DNA of 64,000 nt, from NCBI GenBank assembly GCA_013239625.1, contig MU053934.1, positions 899,285 to 963,284 on the forward strand, written 5' to 3'. Made by a program: the position numbers and the translations under genes. The first letter of the stretch is position 1. Each line of letters starts with the position of its first letter. Below are positions 1 to 12,771 of this stretch, one piece after another. Under the pieces are notes generated by a model. The model had not been told where the DNA came from and made no database searches. It was given only the letters and a program-made list of their open reading frames with translations. This stretch comes from Lama guanicoe. Lineage: Eukaryota.

Positions 1-333
1 TTTTGTAAGATGTAGAGATCAACACCCAATCCACATGGAGAATAGTGAGAGCTGAGTGATGGGACCAAATGAAAGCTTGATACAGACTGAGAGTCCATAT
101 CCAAATATTGGGATCATTATATATTATGTGGAAGGCGTGATGCTAGTCACTGGGGCAAATTCAAATGCTAGAACATAGGGTCTCTGTCTTGTAGAGTCTT
201 GCAATTTATAAAAGGGGATAACCGTGCCCTTGTTAACTATAAACTCCAATGTATATACTATATACTACAATGTGTTAAGTCTTATGAGAAGAACAAAATA
301 GAGTAAACGAAATATCTCTAACCTGGAGAGGGC

Positions 334-359
334 GTGTGTGTGTGTGTGTGTGTGTGTGT
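334..359. repeat. (GT)n microsatellite
   Basis: Perfect GT dinucleotide run seen directly. Confidence 0.95.
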
Positions 360-469
360 TTGTGCTTGTGCCTGAGTGTGCATGTATGAGAAAGAGCTTC
401 ACAGAGAAGGGAGCATTTGTGTTTACCGGGCAGGAGGGCAACATTCTGTTTGACAGACAGGAAGTGGCA

Positions 470-600
470 GCAGAAAGTTTAGGAAAGTGACTTCACTTTT
501 CTGAGCTTCAGATTCCTCAAAGTTAACGTGGGGAAATAATGTTCACCTCGTAAATTAAACGAACAGTAAGGATTATGAATGCTTATACAGAACTTAGTTT
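470..600 (+). mobile_element. MIR SINE fragment
   Basis: ggaaagtgacttcacttttctgagcttcagattcctc...gggaaataat resembles the MIR core (ggcaagttacttaacctctctgtgcctcagtttcctcatctgtaaaatggggataata). Confidence 0.65.
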
Positions 601-1714
601 TGTTTGGACCAGTTCTAAGGGAAGTATACACATTGTTTCCTCTAATTCTTACCATGTCTTTGTGGAGTAGGTACGATTGTAATCCTAATTTTATAGTGAA
701 AGCAACAGTAAGACCAGATGATTAAATACATGTTCACAGTTGCATAATCTTATGGAAAACTGGTATGAATATGAAATGCTTATGCTGAGCCTGGGGGCTC
801 CAGAGAACCATGCTGCCTTCCAGTAGGGGAGAGATGGAGGGTGTGCTGGAAGGGCCTTTGGATTCCCAGAATGTGCTCGTTCATACTCTGGTTGCACAGA
901 CTTTTAGCCTCCCTCAGGTGAGTCCTGCGGCTCTATTCCAGAACCTGGTGTGCTGTATCAGAGGAAGGAATAGCTAGAGAAGTATGTTTGCTAAGTCCTT
1001 TGTAAACGTGCAAGGGTTTCCTAAATGCTGATTTACAAGTAGAGGGCATCTCAGAAAGAAGATGCATCACTGTTCCTTGAGTGTGTTCTGTGAGCAGCTC
1101 TGCAGCAAAGTGGGAAAAGGAAGACGTGGAATCGACAGCCCTGAACTCACTCCAGTCAGAGCTATTCCGGGGTGAGAAGATGGAACCCACCGGGTAAAGA
1201 AGTGAAAATGAGGCCCATGGAAGAGCTCTGCTTTGTGTTCAAACACGCTGGCTATCTCCTTTCCTCCTGTTCCTGGATAAGAGAAGCATGTTTATGGTGA
1301 GTGAGGTTGAGTATTAACTTGATCAGGAGTCAGCTGCAGGTAACAGACACTATGGTAAATATTTTCAGGAGGAAATATTTTAAACAGAGCTTTAGGGTCT
1401 TTCAAAATCTTCAGAAGAGTTAGGGGAGTGGCCAGCAGTCTGGGCTTCTAGACCTCCCAAGAATGATGCTGCAGAACCAACCCACCTAGGGGGCTGCTTC
1501 CACTGCCACACTCAAGGATTTGAGGAGTTGAGAAGTCCCAACACTAGAACCATTGACTCCAGCAGCAAAACATCTGAGCAGTGACCCAGGGATCAGGAAC
1601 GTAGCTGCAGCTGCTGCTTCCGAGCCTGCTCGAGGAGCTGTGCACGACTGGCTCTGGGCATGATCCCCGTTAAAGTTCTGAAGCCCTGCCTTCCAACCTT
1701 GACTGCACCGCTCT

Positions 1715-1850
1715 CTTACGGATGACCTTGTGGAAGTTACTTCACCTCTCCAAGCCTCAGTCTCCCCATCTGTAAAGTGTGCTACCTCTCAGGCTTCTGT
1801 GAGACCTTGGTGAGAAAACCTGTGGAAAGAACCTAGCAGAGTGCCCTCTG
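1715..1850 (+). mobile_element. MIR SINE fragment
   Basis: tgaccttgtggaagttacttcacctctccaagcctcagtctccccatctgtaaagtg, the MIR core. Confidence 0.75.
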
Positions 1851-2509
1851 TTTAGCCATTCCTCCCCCTGGTGATACAGTGTGGTTTCCGGTTTGCTGAG
1901 CTGCACTCCCAAATCCTCAGACGCTCCCCTCCACGTGTCAGGAGGCTTACAGTTTCCACAGGATGCTCACAGATTGTTAGAGGCAGAGGGAATCAATTAG
2001 GATCTCATCCTCTTTAACACGCAAGCAGCCCTGTAGGTAATCCCCCCGGGATCGAATGTTTCAGAAGGCTATATGTAAAAGAGGGCATCTGCTAAGTAAT
2101 AATTAATTGGTACTCATGCCTTTTGAAGACCAAAGACATTCCATAAGAGACCGTCTGATGGGCATGAATTAATCAGTTTTCTTACACTGAATGAATATAG
2201 TTTTAGTCTTAAGTTGAAAAAAAAGGAAAGAAAACTGGACAGTGCAGTTTTCTTGAGTGACCTCACTTTGGCTACGTATATGATTTCCATCAGGCTTTTG
2301 TAACGTGATGTGCACGCTTACATTCTTCATATGCGAACCTGAGGGCCTTGGAGCTGTGCGCTCTGATTGGCTTGGGGCCACTGGAGCCAGGTGAGGGGAG
2401 CTCCCTGGGACATGTGAACAGAAGGTGGGGGGAGTTGGGGTGTAGTTAACTCAAGGACGGTAGGAAGAGGGCTGGGAGGCCAAAATCCTACACCGGCCCT
2501 CTCTTCTAG

Positions 2510-2680
2510 AACTTTCCATTCAATCTTCACGACAAGCCTATGAAGTTGGCGCGGTGTCATCACCATTTTACAGATGAGAAAGCTGAGACTTAAAGAGGTC
2601 CGCACTTGCACAGCAAGTTAGCACCAGAGCTGGGTGCTAACCTCCGCACCTCCCGGCCCTGAGGCCAGTCTTCTTTCCAC
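2510..2680 (-). mobile_element. MIR SINE fragment
   Basis: caccattttacagatgagaaagctgagacttaaagagg, reverse MIR core. Confidence 0.75.
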
Positions 2681-3316
2681 AGGCAGGTGCTCTGATGGGG
2701 ATGCTCTGGCCATCGGCCTGGTCTCCTTCAGCACTCTCCCTCCTGGACTTTCTCCTCCCTGCTCCCCCTTCATCTCTAGGCTCAGCCGTTTGTACCAGGG
2801 GGTCCTCAGGGTCCAAGCTGCTTCAGAACAGAGGCACTGCCCAAGAAGAGATCCTTGGACTCTGCCAAAGCTACAAGCCCGGCAGCTTCCCACTGTGGGC
2901 TGGGAAATAATTACTGTCAGTAATTAGAACTAAATTACTCTTGTCAAAACACACAGAATTGCAGAATCAGCGCTGCAGCATCTTAGATCCCTTTGTCCCA
3001 CTTGTCCCCTCTCTCTCCTCCTGGCCTAATGGAGGCCCCCGTGGCACCAACAAATCCCCTCTCAGTTCTGGACTCCAGGTGTGAAACACAGTCACCACAA
3101 TCTGAGACCTAATTGGCAGCTATGAGATGGAGAGCCTGGGTTTCTAAGCTCCCATCTCTCTGGACTGGGAGGCGGGAGGAAAGCTGGCGATAATAATAGT
3201 GGTCGCTCATGGCAGCTGGACAGAAGGCAACAAAATCACAGCATAAAGTGTAGTGGGATCCCAGGAGCTCATATTCAGAGAAGGAACTGTGCAATTATAC
3301 AGACCTGAGTGAACAT

Positions 3317-3488
3317 GAGAGAGGGTGGGTAGAGAGAGAGAGAGTGAGAGTGGGTGAGCAAGAGAGAGAGAGAGGGAGAAGGAAAGAAAGAAAGAAAAGG
3401 AGAAAGAGAGAGAGGGAAAGAAAGGAAAGAAAGAAGGAAAGAAAGGAAGGAAGGAAGGAAGAAAAAGGAAGGAGGGAGGGAGGAAGGA
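3317..3488. repeat. GA/GAAA/GGAA polypurine compound microsatellite
   Basis: 3360-3488 contains only A and G; it generates the K/E/R-rich and F/S/L-rich spurious ORFs. Confidence 0.95.
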
Positions 3489-4164
3489 CTTCTTTCCTTT
3501 CTGATTATGGCAGTGATACAGGTCAGTCATATAAAATTTAGAAAAAGGGAAAAGTATAGAGAAAGAAATAAAATTATCCAAAATCCCAATATGCTGAAAC
3601 AATTGGTATTCATATTTGGAGTAGTTTATTCTAGTTGAATTTTTGTTCTCGCACCCATGGAGAGGACAGGTACGAGCCTCTGTAGAGGGAGCTGGGAACA
3701 CTGGGCCTGGAGGGAAGGAAAAACAGGGCTCCCCACAACGTTTTCTGCACTGATTCTGTCGCTCTGAGTTCCCGGGTGACCTTAGAAAGAGAAATGATCT
3801 ACCCGCTAATGGCCCTAGGGGCCAGATTGCATTTGGTTCAGAAAAAGAACCTATTCTGAAACCTTTTTTAGCCTGAGGTTTGTGGAGTAAGGTCATGCTT
3901 GCTGCGCTGGGTGACACGATGCTGGATGTGCAGGAGTTTGTGCTGCTGGCCCTGCCAGCACGTCACAGGGCACCTTCCTCTCACCTTTCCTGAGCTGCTC
4001 CGGATTCCTTGGGTAAATGTGTCTCAGCAGGTCGGCTGGCCAAGTCGGGACCAGCAACCCTGGCCCCTGCGAAGCTTTTCTGCCTCACTAAGTTTGGGTG
4101 GGATCTTCCTGGGCTAACAGTAGATTTGCTACTAAAGAAGCACAGGAATCCTTTGTGCACTTGG

Positions 4165-4345
4165 CTCAGAAATTACTAGTAGGGCAACCTTGTAAAGTTT
4201 ACTTAACTGCTCCGTGCCTCAGTTTCCACTTCTGTACAATGGGGATCATAAGAGGGCCAGCCTCAGAAGATAACTGTAAAGATTAAATGAGAAAATACCT
4301 TTTCTGCATGGCACATAGTAAGCTGTCAAGAAATGATGGCTGTTG
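4165..4345 (+). mobile_element. MIR SINE
   Basis: ttacttaactgctccgtgcctcagtttccacttctgtacaatggggatcata...gattaaatgag...tggcacatagtaagc. Confidence 0.8.
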
Positions 4346-5569
4346 AATGGTGTTTCTCTTTCTTCTGCTGCAGCAAATGAAACTTGCTTCGCTTGCCTAT
4401 GATATTCCAATGGGAACGACCAAGGAATTCAGTCATTTCTGGTGCCTGATTGTAATTCCAGCCCTTTCCCTCCCACCACCATGGAAGCCTCTCCCTCCAG
4501 GCTCTTTGGTCCATGGCCCTCCAACACCCCATCACCCACTCATTCTGTAGCTCTCAGTGATGCCTTTCGTGGCCTTCTCACCCCTGTCCAAGATGCCTGA
4601 ACGCACTCTTATGCCGCCTTCCTGCCCTCTACACCTCTTCCCAACGTGGAACAGTCACTAAATAAATAGTTGAACTATGACTCGATTAACACACGACTGG
4701 GGCTGTAGAAATACTCCAGTAGGAACCACTTCTGTTTTTTCTCACCGTTGATTCCCAGTGCCTGCCACCTGCTGGATGCTGAGGCGAGAGGTAAATGGGT
4801 GGTATTGGATTCTGTCGCTGTAAGGAAAGACTTCCATCTTCTGTCTATGGGGAAAAGGGAATCACTTAGGGACCTCGGTCCTTTAATGATTAGAAACCAA
4901 CTAACTGTACAATATGCTTCAGTGTTACACTTAAAGAATCGATGGTCCATGCCTTATTTTCTCCTTCTTCTCCTATTTAAATAATAAATACTGGCTCCAG
5001 AAGCAGAAACTAAGTCCTCTCCCTCAGGCAAGGGAAACAGGAGGAGCTGAAAAGCTGTCAGAGGAAGTAAAGGGGGGCCCGATTAACCCGTGTTCATGCT
5101 GGCTCCTTACATTCCCTTCCCAAAGGACCCTGGGCGAGGGCTTTCTCATCACTCTCGATACAGATGTTTTTGCCCTTCTGTTCACTGGAATTTGGAGGTA
5201 ATTATGGGCAGAAGCGCAGCTCCGCGAGGCACATGAGGCTGGTGGAGACTTCCCTGGACCACAAATTGTGCCTCTGATTAGGCAGTTGCTGATGCCAGGA
5301 GCACAGAGTCTAGTTTCCAGGCTTGCTCAGGCCAGAAGCATCTCCAGCTGTAAGGGGTCTGAAATGGAGTGGGACGCGGAGAGCGAGGAATGCGGTGGGG
5401 ACAGGTTGAGTGGGGAGATTCAAGAGGGAAACAGAAGGGGTGAGAGGGGGAGATAGAAGGAGGAAGGAAAGATGGATACAAGGAGAGGGAGGAAGGCAAG
5501 GAGGAAGGAGCATCCCGTTTTCACGTTTTGTGAGAGAGCGCCAGACTTCATTGCAGAAGGCTTGAGTAT

Positions 5570-6110
5570 CAATCCTTGGTGTAAGAACTTTGAGAAACAG
5601 TGAAACTGGCATCATCTAGTAAAGCTGAACTTAGGCCAAATCTATGACCCAGGCGATCCACTCCAAGGTTTATATTTAGGAGAAATGAATACGTAAGTCC
5701 ACCAAAATCACACGTACCAGACTATTCCCAGCAAATCTATTCATACGAAGTCCATACTGAAACAACTCTAATGTCCACCAAAAGGAGAACAAATAAATGC
5801 ATTGAGGCGTTTGCTACATTGGAGCAAAACAAAACAGATATAGGACATTTTGTAAAATTCCATTTTCGCCAAATTCAGCCACAGGCAAAACTAAACTAAT
5901 GAAACAAGTGAGAATAATGGTTTCTTCTTAGGAGGCGGATATTAACTTGAAAGTGGCTTGAGGAAGCTTCTCAGCAGCTGTAAATGTTCTGTATCTTGAT
6001 CCAGATGAGAGTACGTGGATGTAAAGAACTATGTACATCAAACACTTTGCATACTTTAGTGTATATACATTATAAGTCAATAGAAACATTTTTAAAAAGG
6101 AAAAAAATGT
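5570..6110 (+). mobile_element. Old L1 (L1MD/L1ME-like) ORF2 end and 3' UTR
   Basis: ctatgacccaggcgatccactccaaggtttatat...aatgtccaccaaaaggagaacaaataaat match the L1 3' region; ends in an A-rich tail. Confidence 0.75.
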
Positions 6111-6999
6111 ACTTGCTTAGTCTTACTGACTGACTAAGCAATAGGTGAGAAATGCTACCTTGTAATCCAAACTTTTATTTCTTTGACTAAGTAACAAAGA
6201 AAATCTTTCGCATGTTTATCTGTCTTAAGCATTTATTTGGTGAATTTCCTGGGCATATTCCAGATGCAAGTTCCAATTGGAATTCTTGTTCTTATCTCAC
6301 TAACTGGAAAATCCTTAAGTAGCAGTGCATCTGAATCCTGGTCTAGTGTGTCCCCAATCCCTCTCTTTCCAACTCACCATCTTTCATCCTTTTACTTCTG
6401 ATGATTTTTATGTAGAGAGTTTAAGGTGCTGTGTAATGAAATCCATCAATATTTTCTTTAGCTATTTCTTTCATTGCCTGTTTTTATTTTCTTCCCAAGC
6501 TTCTCACTTTAGAGAAACTGATGAAGGCAGTGTAGCTGGAGCAGGAGAATGAGTGAGAGGAGATGACTGGAATTGGAGCAGCTGTAGGGGATCAGATAAC
6601 ATGATTTTAGATTCTGGAATGTATCGTAAGTGCAACAGATAGGAAGGGGAGTAAGGAGGCAATAAGGCAAATACATCTGCATGTGATGAAGGTCACTTGA
6701 CTGCTGGATGGGGAATGGACTGGAGGGGTGCAGAACCAGAAGATGCCTGGAGACAACTGCTGTGGTCCAGGGGCAAGTGGCCCGGGCAGGTGAAGTGGCA
6801 GCCGGGATGAAGAGACGGGGAAACACAGGCAGTAGCACTTAGCGTCATGGGACTTCAAGAGGAGCTAGAAACAGGGGAGAATGAGAAGGGAGGCAGGGCT
6901 TGATGGAGAGAGGCTCTGACTGACTGCAAACGGTTGAACACTCGCCCAAGTTTCTCCCTGGATTTCTGGGTTTGTGTATTTTTTGATTTGTCTGTTTCT

Positions 7000-8400
7000 G
7001 CTTTTAACTCTTCATCAGCACAGAATTGGTGTGTAGTGGTTTGGTTCAATCTACAATTTTATTCCCCTAACCCAATAGTGAATCTTTCCATAAAGCATCC
7101 TGAATAATCACTTTCTCACTTCCTCATTGATTTGTGAACTTCCCCTACTCAGCTAGGAACCAGTCCTCTTTCTCAATCACCCTCCTGTAATGATTTTTCT
7201 CCTTTTGTTTTTATCACGCAATTCTGATGGTTGTATGTTTTGATTCATTTATTTTTTGTAAGAAAATTCTCTCCTAATCACTCTTTTTAAAAAGTTCTCT
7301 GTAGTTTTCTTATTAATCTCTTTTGTTTGTGTTATTATTGCTTTCTCCCCCAGGAGAGCTTAAGAATCCAATAATTAAGTTCCAAACCAATTCCATTAGG
7401 AATGTAATTGGGATTTCATTAAGCCCATAAATTAATTCCAGAAGAATTAACACACAAATCTTTCATACATGAATATTTCTTGCCTGTGCATTAAAATGTT
7501 AATTTTTTTTTTCAGCAAATTTTTGGAGTATATCCCATAGGTCCTACCTAATTCTTCAAAAAGTTTTTTTTTCCCTCAGAATTTTATGTTTTGGTTACTG
7601 TGATATAATGTCTTTTTTGTCATTCTCTCATGGATTATTCTGGATATGTATGAAAGGTACAGATTTCAGCAATACCTTCTATGAAATTATTTTATAAAAC
7701 TAACCTAAAAGATATGTTTTAAAAGTTGGTTTCTCTGGAGTTTTATAAGAATATAACGCATTATTGTGCAAAATGATAATTTTGTCATCTTTTCGATAAT
7801 CATAGCTCTTCTTTGAGTTTCATGCTAATTGCACTACTGAGAATTTTCAGAACAATGCTAAATGCTAATGATGACAATAAGCATCTTGTTTGCTTGCTTT
7901 GCCTATGGTTTTAAGAGGAATTCTCTTTAGTTTTTCACTATTAAAGATAATGTTAGTAGTTAGTTTTAGATATAAAATCTTACTATGTTGTAAAATCTTC
8001 GATTCATAATTTTCCCCCAAAAGCCAAATTTTGGGATTATAGAATGTACTTTGAATGTTATCGACTGTCTTTTCCTCCTCTATTAGAGTTGTTTCTCTTT
8101 TCTCCTTAAATATATTCATATGCAATGTTGCGTTAATTATAAGTGATCTTTGCATTTCTTGGTCGCTGTGAATGATGCTTTTCATTTTGCTGCTGGATTT
8201 GATAGCTTTGCAGTCAGTTTTGAAATTTGAAGTGTAAAGTCCTCCAACTTTATTCTTCTTTTTCAAGATTGTGTTTGGCTATTTGGGGCCCTTGAGATTC
8301 CATATGAATTTTAGGAAGGATTTTTCTAGTTTTGCAAAAAAATTAATGGTCATTGGGGTTTTGATAGGGATTGCACTGAACAGTGCATAACTTTAATTCT
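7000..8400 (-). mobile_element. Degraded L1 ORF2 (RT region) fragments
   Basis: ORF 7865-8266 contains [13 protein letters not shown]..KA and LTTNIIFNSEKLKRIPLKT..KQ, matching L1 ORF2 motifs ([39 protein letters not shown]). The motif order implies two joined fragments. Confidence 0.8.
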
Positions 8401-8419
8401 TTTGGTTTAAAATAAATTA

Positions 8420-9250
8420 TATATTCAGTTACGTATTGTCTCTCTGATGATTCCTGCATCTGTGGTCACTGTGAGTATGATTAGTTGCTTCTGCTGTCTC
8501 ACATTACGGGGGCTTAAGTTTTCCCACAGCTCCTGTGATTTATGATTATTAGCTGATGTTTTGGAAACATACAAAAACATACGATGATCGGTAGGAATTT
8601 TTGAGGGGTGAATTTAGGGTATATTTCTCCAGAGAGATGTTTGCTGCTGCCAGTGGCTTAGGGAGGGTTATTATTCCAGGACGCTTGACATTATATTTTT
8701 TATTTTGTCTTTGAGGGCAATGGTCAAGGTAGTTAGAACTCTTGTGAGTGTAAACTTGGTGTTAATGATTCCCTGGGTGAAATCTTTTGTCTTTTATTTT
8801 TGTTTTTATTATTTTTTTTCACATAAGCCTGAGTCAAGTCCAAGAGAGACCAGAATCTATATTGCCTGTCTATCATCTCTTAGGGTGTGTGTGTGTGTGT
8901 GTAATTTTAGTTTACCATGAGTGGCATTGCCCTTAGGGGGAGTTGACTTTATGCAAGGGTCTCTCATCTGTGTGTCCCAAGTTTTGTCTTCTGATTACAT
9001 GTCTTGTCCCCATCATACATGGAATCCTTTAAAATTCACACTCTGGGCCACCAGGGGATGACTAAAGTCCTGAGGGCAGATGGTGCGACAAGGTTCACTT
9101 ATCTCTCTGCATTTGCTCTTTTTATTTTTTATTTTTGGCATTTTAAGATTTGTATTTCCCCCTAGCCAGCTGAACCATGCCTGTAAAAGCTCAAGCCCCA
9201 TATTTTATCCAGCATTTCATATGTCGTTCCGAGAAGTCTTTCTGGACATT
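8420..9250 (-). mobile_element. HAL1/L1M 5'-region-like fragment
   Basis: tctgatgattcctgcatctgtggtcactgtgagtatgattagttgcttctgctgtctcac resembles the recalled HAL1/L1M 5' consensus; contains (TG)n at ~8885-8902. Confidence 0.4.
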
Positions 9251-9289
9251 GTCATATTCTCATTATTAGACCCTAGGAATTACTTCCAC

Positions 9290-10100
9290 AGCTTAATTAA
9301 GAATTCTATTTGATTTATTTTTAATTCACAAATGTCTGCTTTTAACAACATCGTTTACTTCTTTCTGGGTGTTGATTTTGGTGTTACTTTAGTTAGTTTT
9401 TAAAAACGAAATGCTTAGTGATTCTAATTACATTATTCTCTATTCAATAATGAAAGCTTTTAAGGGACTTGACTTTAGGTAAAGGGTAACCTTTTCCCAT
9501 TGGCTTTGATAAATATTGTTCTCATTTTTGCTATTTTCTAAATAGCATGTAATTATAGTTATTTCTTCTTTGAACCAAGTCTTATTTAATAGAATGTTGT
9601 TTAACTTCCAAGTGATTTTTCTCCCATTGTTTTGATTACATTCTGTGATTAATTTCTAGCTTTAATGCAATGTTGCCAGAGAATTTGGCCTCTACAGTTT
9701 CTACTATATAATTAAATTTTGTAAACATCACATGAAGGCTTACAAAGGTGTTTTTCTGTTTGATGTTAATATAATTATATATATTTTATTAATTTTCTCA
9801 TACTGTTTAAATTATTAAATCTATGCCCTTTTCTTCTTTTCACATCCTTTCTGTCAAAGGCTGAGAAAGGTGCATTAAAATCATTCACAAGAATTGTTTT
9901 TATAAATTTCTCATCTAATATATCAAAGTTTATTCATACTTTTGTCTTATTTTTGACCTTTAAAATGTCTGATTTTTTTTAATCTTAACTCTGTAATTGA
10001 TATTTCATCAAATTTCAGTGAACTTTTTGAAATGATTGTTGACTTGGATTCTTTTTCTGACATTATTATTAATTATTTTTGAAGTGTTTTTGTTTAAATC
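9290..10100 (-). mobile_element. Degraded L1 ORF2 5' (endonuclease/linker) fragment
   Basis: T-rich antisense L1 motifs such as atttcttctttgaacc...ttatttaatagaatgttgtttaacttccaag and aatttctagctttaatgcaatgttgccagagaa. Confidence 0.6.
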
Positions 10101-10114
10101 TGCTCAAATTTTCC

Positions 10115-10380
10115 GCTTTTTCTTGAGATGTAATTTACATATCATACAATTTACCTATTTAAAATGTACGATTCGATAGTTTCAGTATATTCCCAGAGTT
10201 GCACAATCATTGCAATGATCTATTTTTAGGGTATGTTTATTAATCTAAAAAAAGGCCTTGTACCCATTAGTAGTCACTCCCCATATTCCTCCCCCGCTTC
10301 CGCCCCTGAGCCCCAGACACCGCTTACTGCTCTCTGACTCTGTAGATTTGCCTATTTTGAATGTTTCATACAAACTGAAG
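10115..10380 (-). mobile_element. L1MB-like 3' end
   Basis: ttgagatgtaatttacatatcatacaatttacctatttaaaatgtac...tacccattagtagtcactcccc...tctgtagatttgcctattttgaatgtttcata. Confidence 0.85.
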
Positions 10381-10520
10381 AGTAGGGCCCAGCAATCTGT
10401 GTTTTAACAAATCCTCCCGGGGATTTTGATGCATGCCAAAGTTTGAGAAACACTGTTCTCGTCCAGTAATTCTCAACCCCAACTATGTGTTGGAATCCTC
10501 TGGGGACTATTTGAAAACAT
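10381..10520 (+). mobile_element. Two partial MER5A (hAT-Charlie MITE) copies in tandem
   Basis: 3' half (gggccccagcaatctgtgttttaacaa...gtttgagaaacactg), then an 8-bp spacer, then a 5' half (cagtaattctcaacccc...tggaatcctctgggga). Confidence 0.75.
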
Positions 10521-10684
10521 TTTCCCCTATTCTATGAGAAGATATTTCTTCCTTTGTAAGTATCCTGTTTCTTTGCTCTCCATATGGGCAATTAGGCTCA
10601 TCACTGCTGTCTCCCAGGAAGGAGCTGAGAACATGGTCATAATAGTCCCTAGTGTCCTGAAGTCTAGTGGGGACAGTGATGGTG

Positions 10685-10890
10685 GGCAGAAAGGGCTCTG
10701 GGTTTAGGATCAGATGGCCCGAGTTCTAGCCCCGGCCTCACCCGTCCCTACCGTGGAGACCTCGTGTGATTCATCTAACTTTTCTATCTCAATTTCCTCA
10801 TCACTAAAACCGCCTACTTTCTAGAGTATCTGAGAGACTCAAACGTGAGACAATATAAGGAAAGTGCTTTGCCAACTAAAAGTGCTTAGG
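10685..10890 (+). mobile_element. MIR (MIRc/MIR3-like)
   Basis: gagttctagccccggc...tctcaatttcctcatc...ggaaagtgctttg. Confidence 0.6.
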
Positions 10891-11904
10891 TCAAGCGCAA
10901 GCAGTTATTTTCTTTTATGAAATAGATTTGACTAGTCAGCAGCTCCTGGGCACACACAGGTGGCCTGGCCACGGAGGCCTGGCTCTCCAAATCACTGAAG
11001 GGTCCTCAGGGAGTTGTCTGTTTGTTCTTCTAATTTGAAAGTAGCCCCAGGATAGCTTCTGCCCACCATGGCACAATTCACCTTTCCCCTTATTGCAGAA
11101 TCCTCACTGAGGCTTTTAATTACTCAGCCTCCTTTCATCCCTGCTGGCACCTTTAGCTTTGACTCTGGCGGGTTATTTCTGCTCGTGTAAGTACCAAGCT
11201 GTAGGCTCAAGGCCTCGCTGGGTGACTGCTCCGTGTTGTCTTATGAGAACTCTCTCGTCTTGCCTGTTGCACGAGTCGATATCGGGGAGGCACTGAGAGT
11301 GTGTCGTTCTCTAGAACCCCCTCCTCTGTGTGACTGCAGGGACGTCCCCACTGACACACGGCTCAGGGTTGCTGGCCAAGGGGTTGTCCAGAGCATATCT
11401 CAAAGCGAGAGGACTATTTCATGGAACAAATATCAAGTGACCAGCCAAAGGGTCACAGCTGATGAATGCGCAGCCAAGAATGGAACTCGGGTACTTAGAC
11501 CACCAAAGTCCGTGTGTCTGTTTCATACCTTCCTCTTGAAGCTACTCTCCAGGCCTACAGTTCGGTACAGAGACCAGGGTCCACCTGTCCTCCAGCAGCT
11601 CACTCCTAACAATGGGCAGGCCCAGGATAAGCAGCTCTCTTTCATTAGGAGTGGTTTTGATTGCTCTCACAGGATTTCTGTGCAGATGAACCATAATATA
11701 TGGTCCCTGGTGATTCAGTAGGTGCTTGATAATCAGCATCTGATTAGGTAGGTGAGACAATCAACATCTTTCCATTCAGCGGATGTTTATTTACTCAACA
11801 GTAAGAGTAGAGCAGGGTACTGGTGAGAAAAGAGGTCAGGGATGTGTAGGAAATTGTCCCTGCCCATCAAAGTGTTTTTGGAAAATATTTATAATAAATC
11901 TCTC

Positions 11905-12135
11905 TTCTCTCTCACACACACGTGCACACACACACACATATATATACATAGTAATGGTGGTTATGTTCTCTTTACATACATACATATGTGTGCATAAGTA
12001 ATGAGAACTGACATGTATATACAGTTGATTTTCATTCATTATTCACGTTAGTTATGTTGTATATATATTTACATACAGATATGCATATTATATATGAAAT
12101 ATACACATACAATATATGTGTGTAGGTACTTATAT
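11905..12135. repeat. CA/TA low-complexity region
   Basis: ctctctctcacacacacgtgcacacacacacacatatatatacata and further TA/CATA runs. Confidence 0.75.
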
Positions 12136-12138
12136 TTA

Positions 12139-12771
12139 CAGTTGACTCGTTATGCACACACAATAGTTACATTCTACAAAGTCATGGTAAACATTGAATT
12201 AATAAATACTGAGCCACTATTCCCAAGAGGAAATACAGGGTCATTGGATTCCTGCAAACCTCTGGTCACATTTTCATCAATCAGTCAATACATAACTTTG
12301 TTCTCTGTGCATTTTTCTGCTTAAATACACCTTGTATAATATATACAGTTGATTCATTAACATTGAACTCATGGCCAACGGTGCCATAACTCAGGTCTGA
12401 ATGAAGCTTATCAAACGCACCTGTTTCCTCCATAAGACACGTCACAGCCTCTTTGTGCTCAGCAACACTTCAGCGCCAGGCTTGGGGGGCCATTTTAAAT
12501 AGCAAAATTCCCCCCCAAAATGCAAAAATGTAAAAAACGTAGCACTAGACAGACTGAAAAGGACACCTTTACAGTAGGAGCTGAAACAAGAAGACAGACC
12601 CGTGCTTTGTTCAACCTCAGCTGAGTATGTGCATGTTGGGCAATAAATTTTTCATCTCTCTGTACATCTGCAAGTGACTGCAAAAGTGCCCTGCATATTG
12701 GTTTTGGGTTACAAATAATTTTAGCAACTGTGATATTTGTAAATATGGAATCTGAATAATAAGGGTTGACT
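12139..12771 (+). mobile_element. MER82 (TcMar-Tigger non-autonomous DNA transposon), near full length
   Basis: Begins ta|cagttgactc and ends aataagggttgact. Internal blocks ggaaatacaggg..., gttgattcattaacattgaactcatggccaac and gagctgaaacaagaag match the recalled MER82 consensus. Confidence 0.85.

Noticed and set aside
905..925. Consensus splice donor CAG|GTGAGT at 917/918
   Set aside because: Isolated motif with no supportable coding exon upstream; expected occasionally by chance.
3207..3917. Longest ORF (236 aa, minus) and overlapping K/E/R-rich plus ORFs
   Set aside because: Kept open by the polypurine microsatellite; low complexity with no recognisable domain.
7865..8266. 133-aa ORF as a functional retrotransposase
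   Set aside because: Degraded, chimeric L1 ORF2 fragments without an intact RT.
11233..11721. 162-aa plus ORF in unique sequence
   Set aside because: Non-ATG start, no recognisable family and no clear splice context; a length like this can occur by chance.
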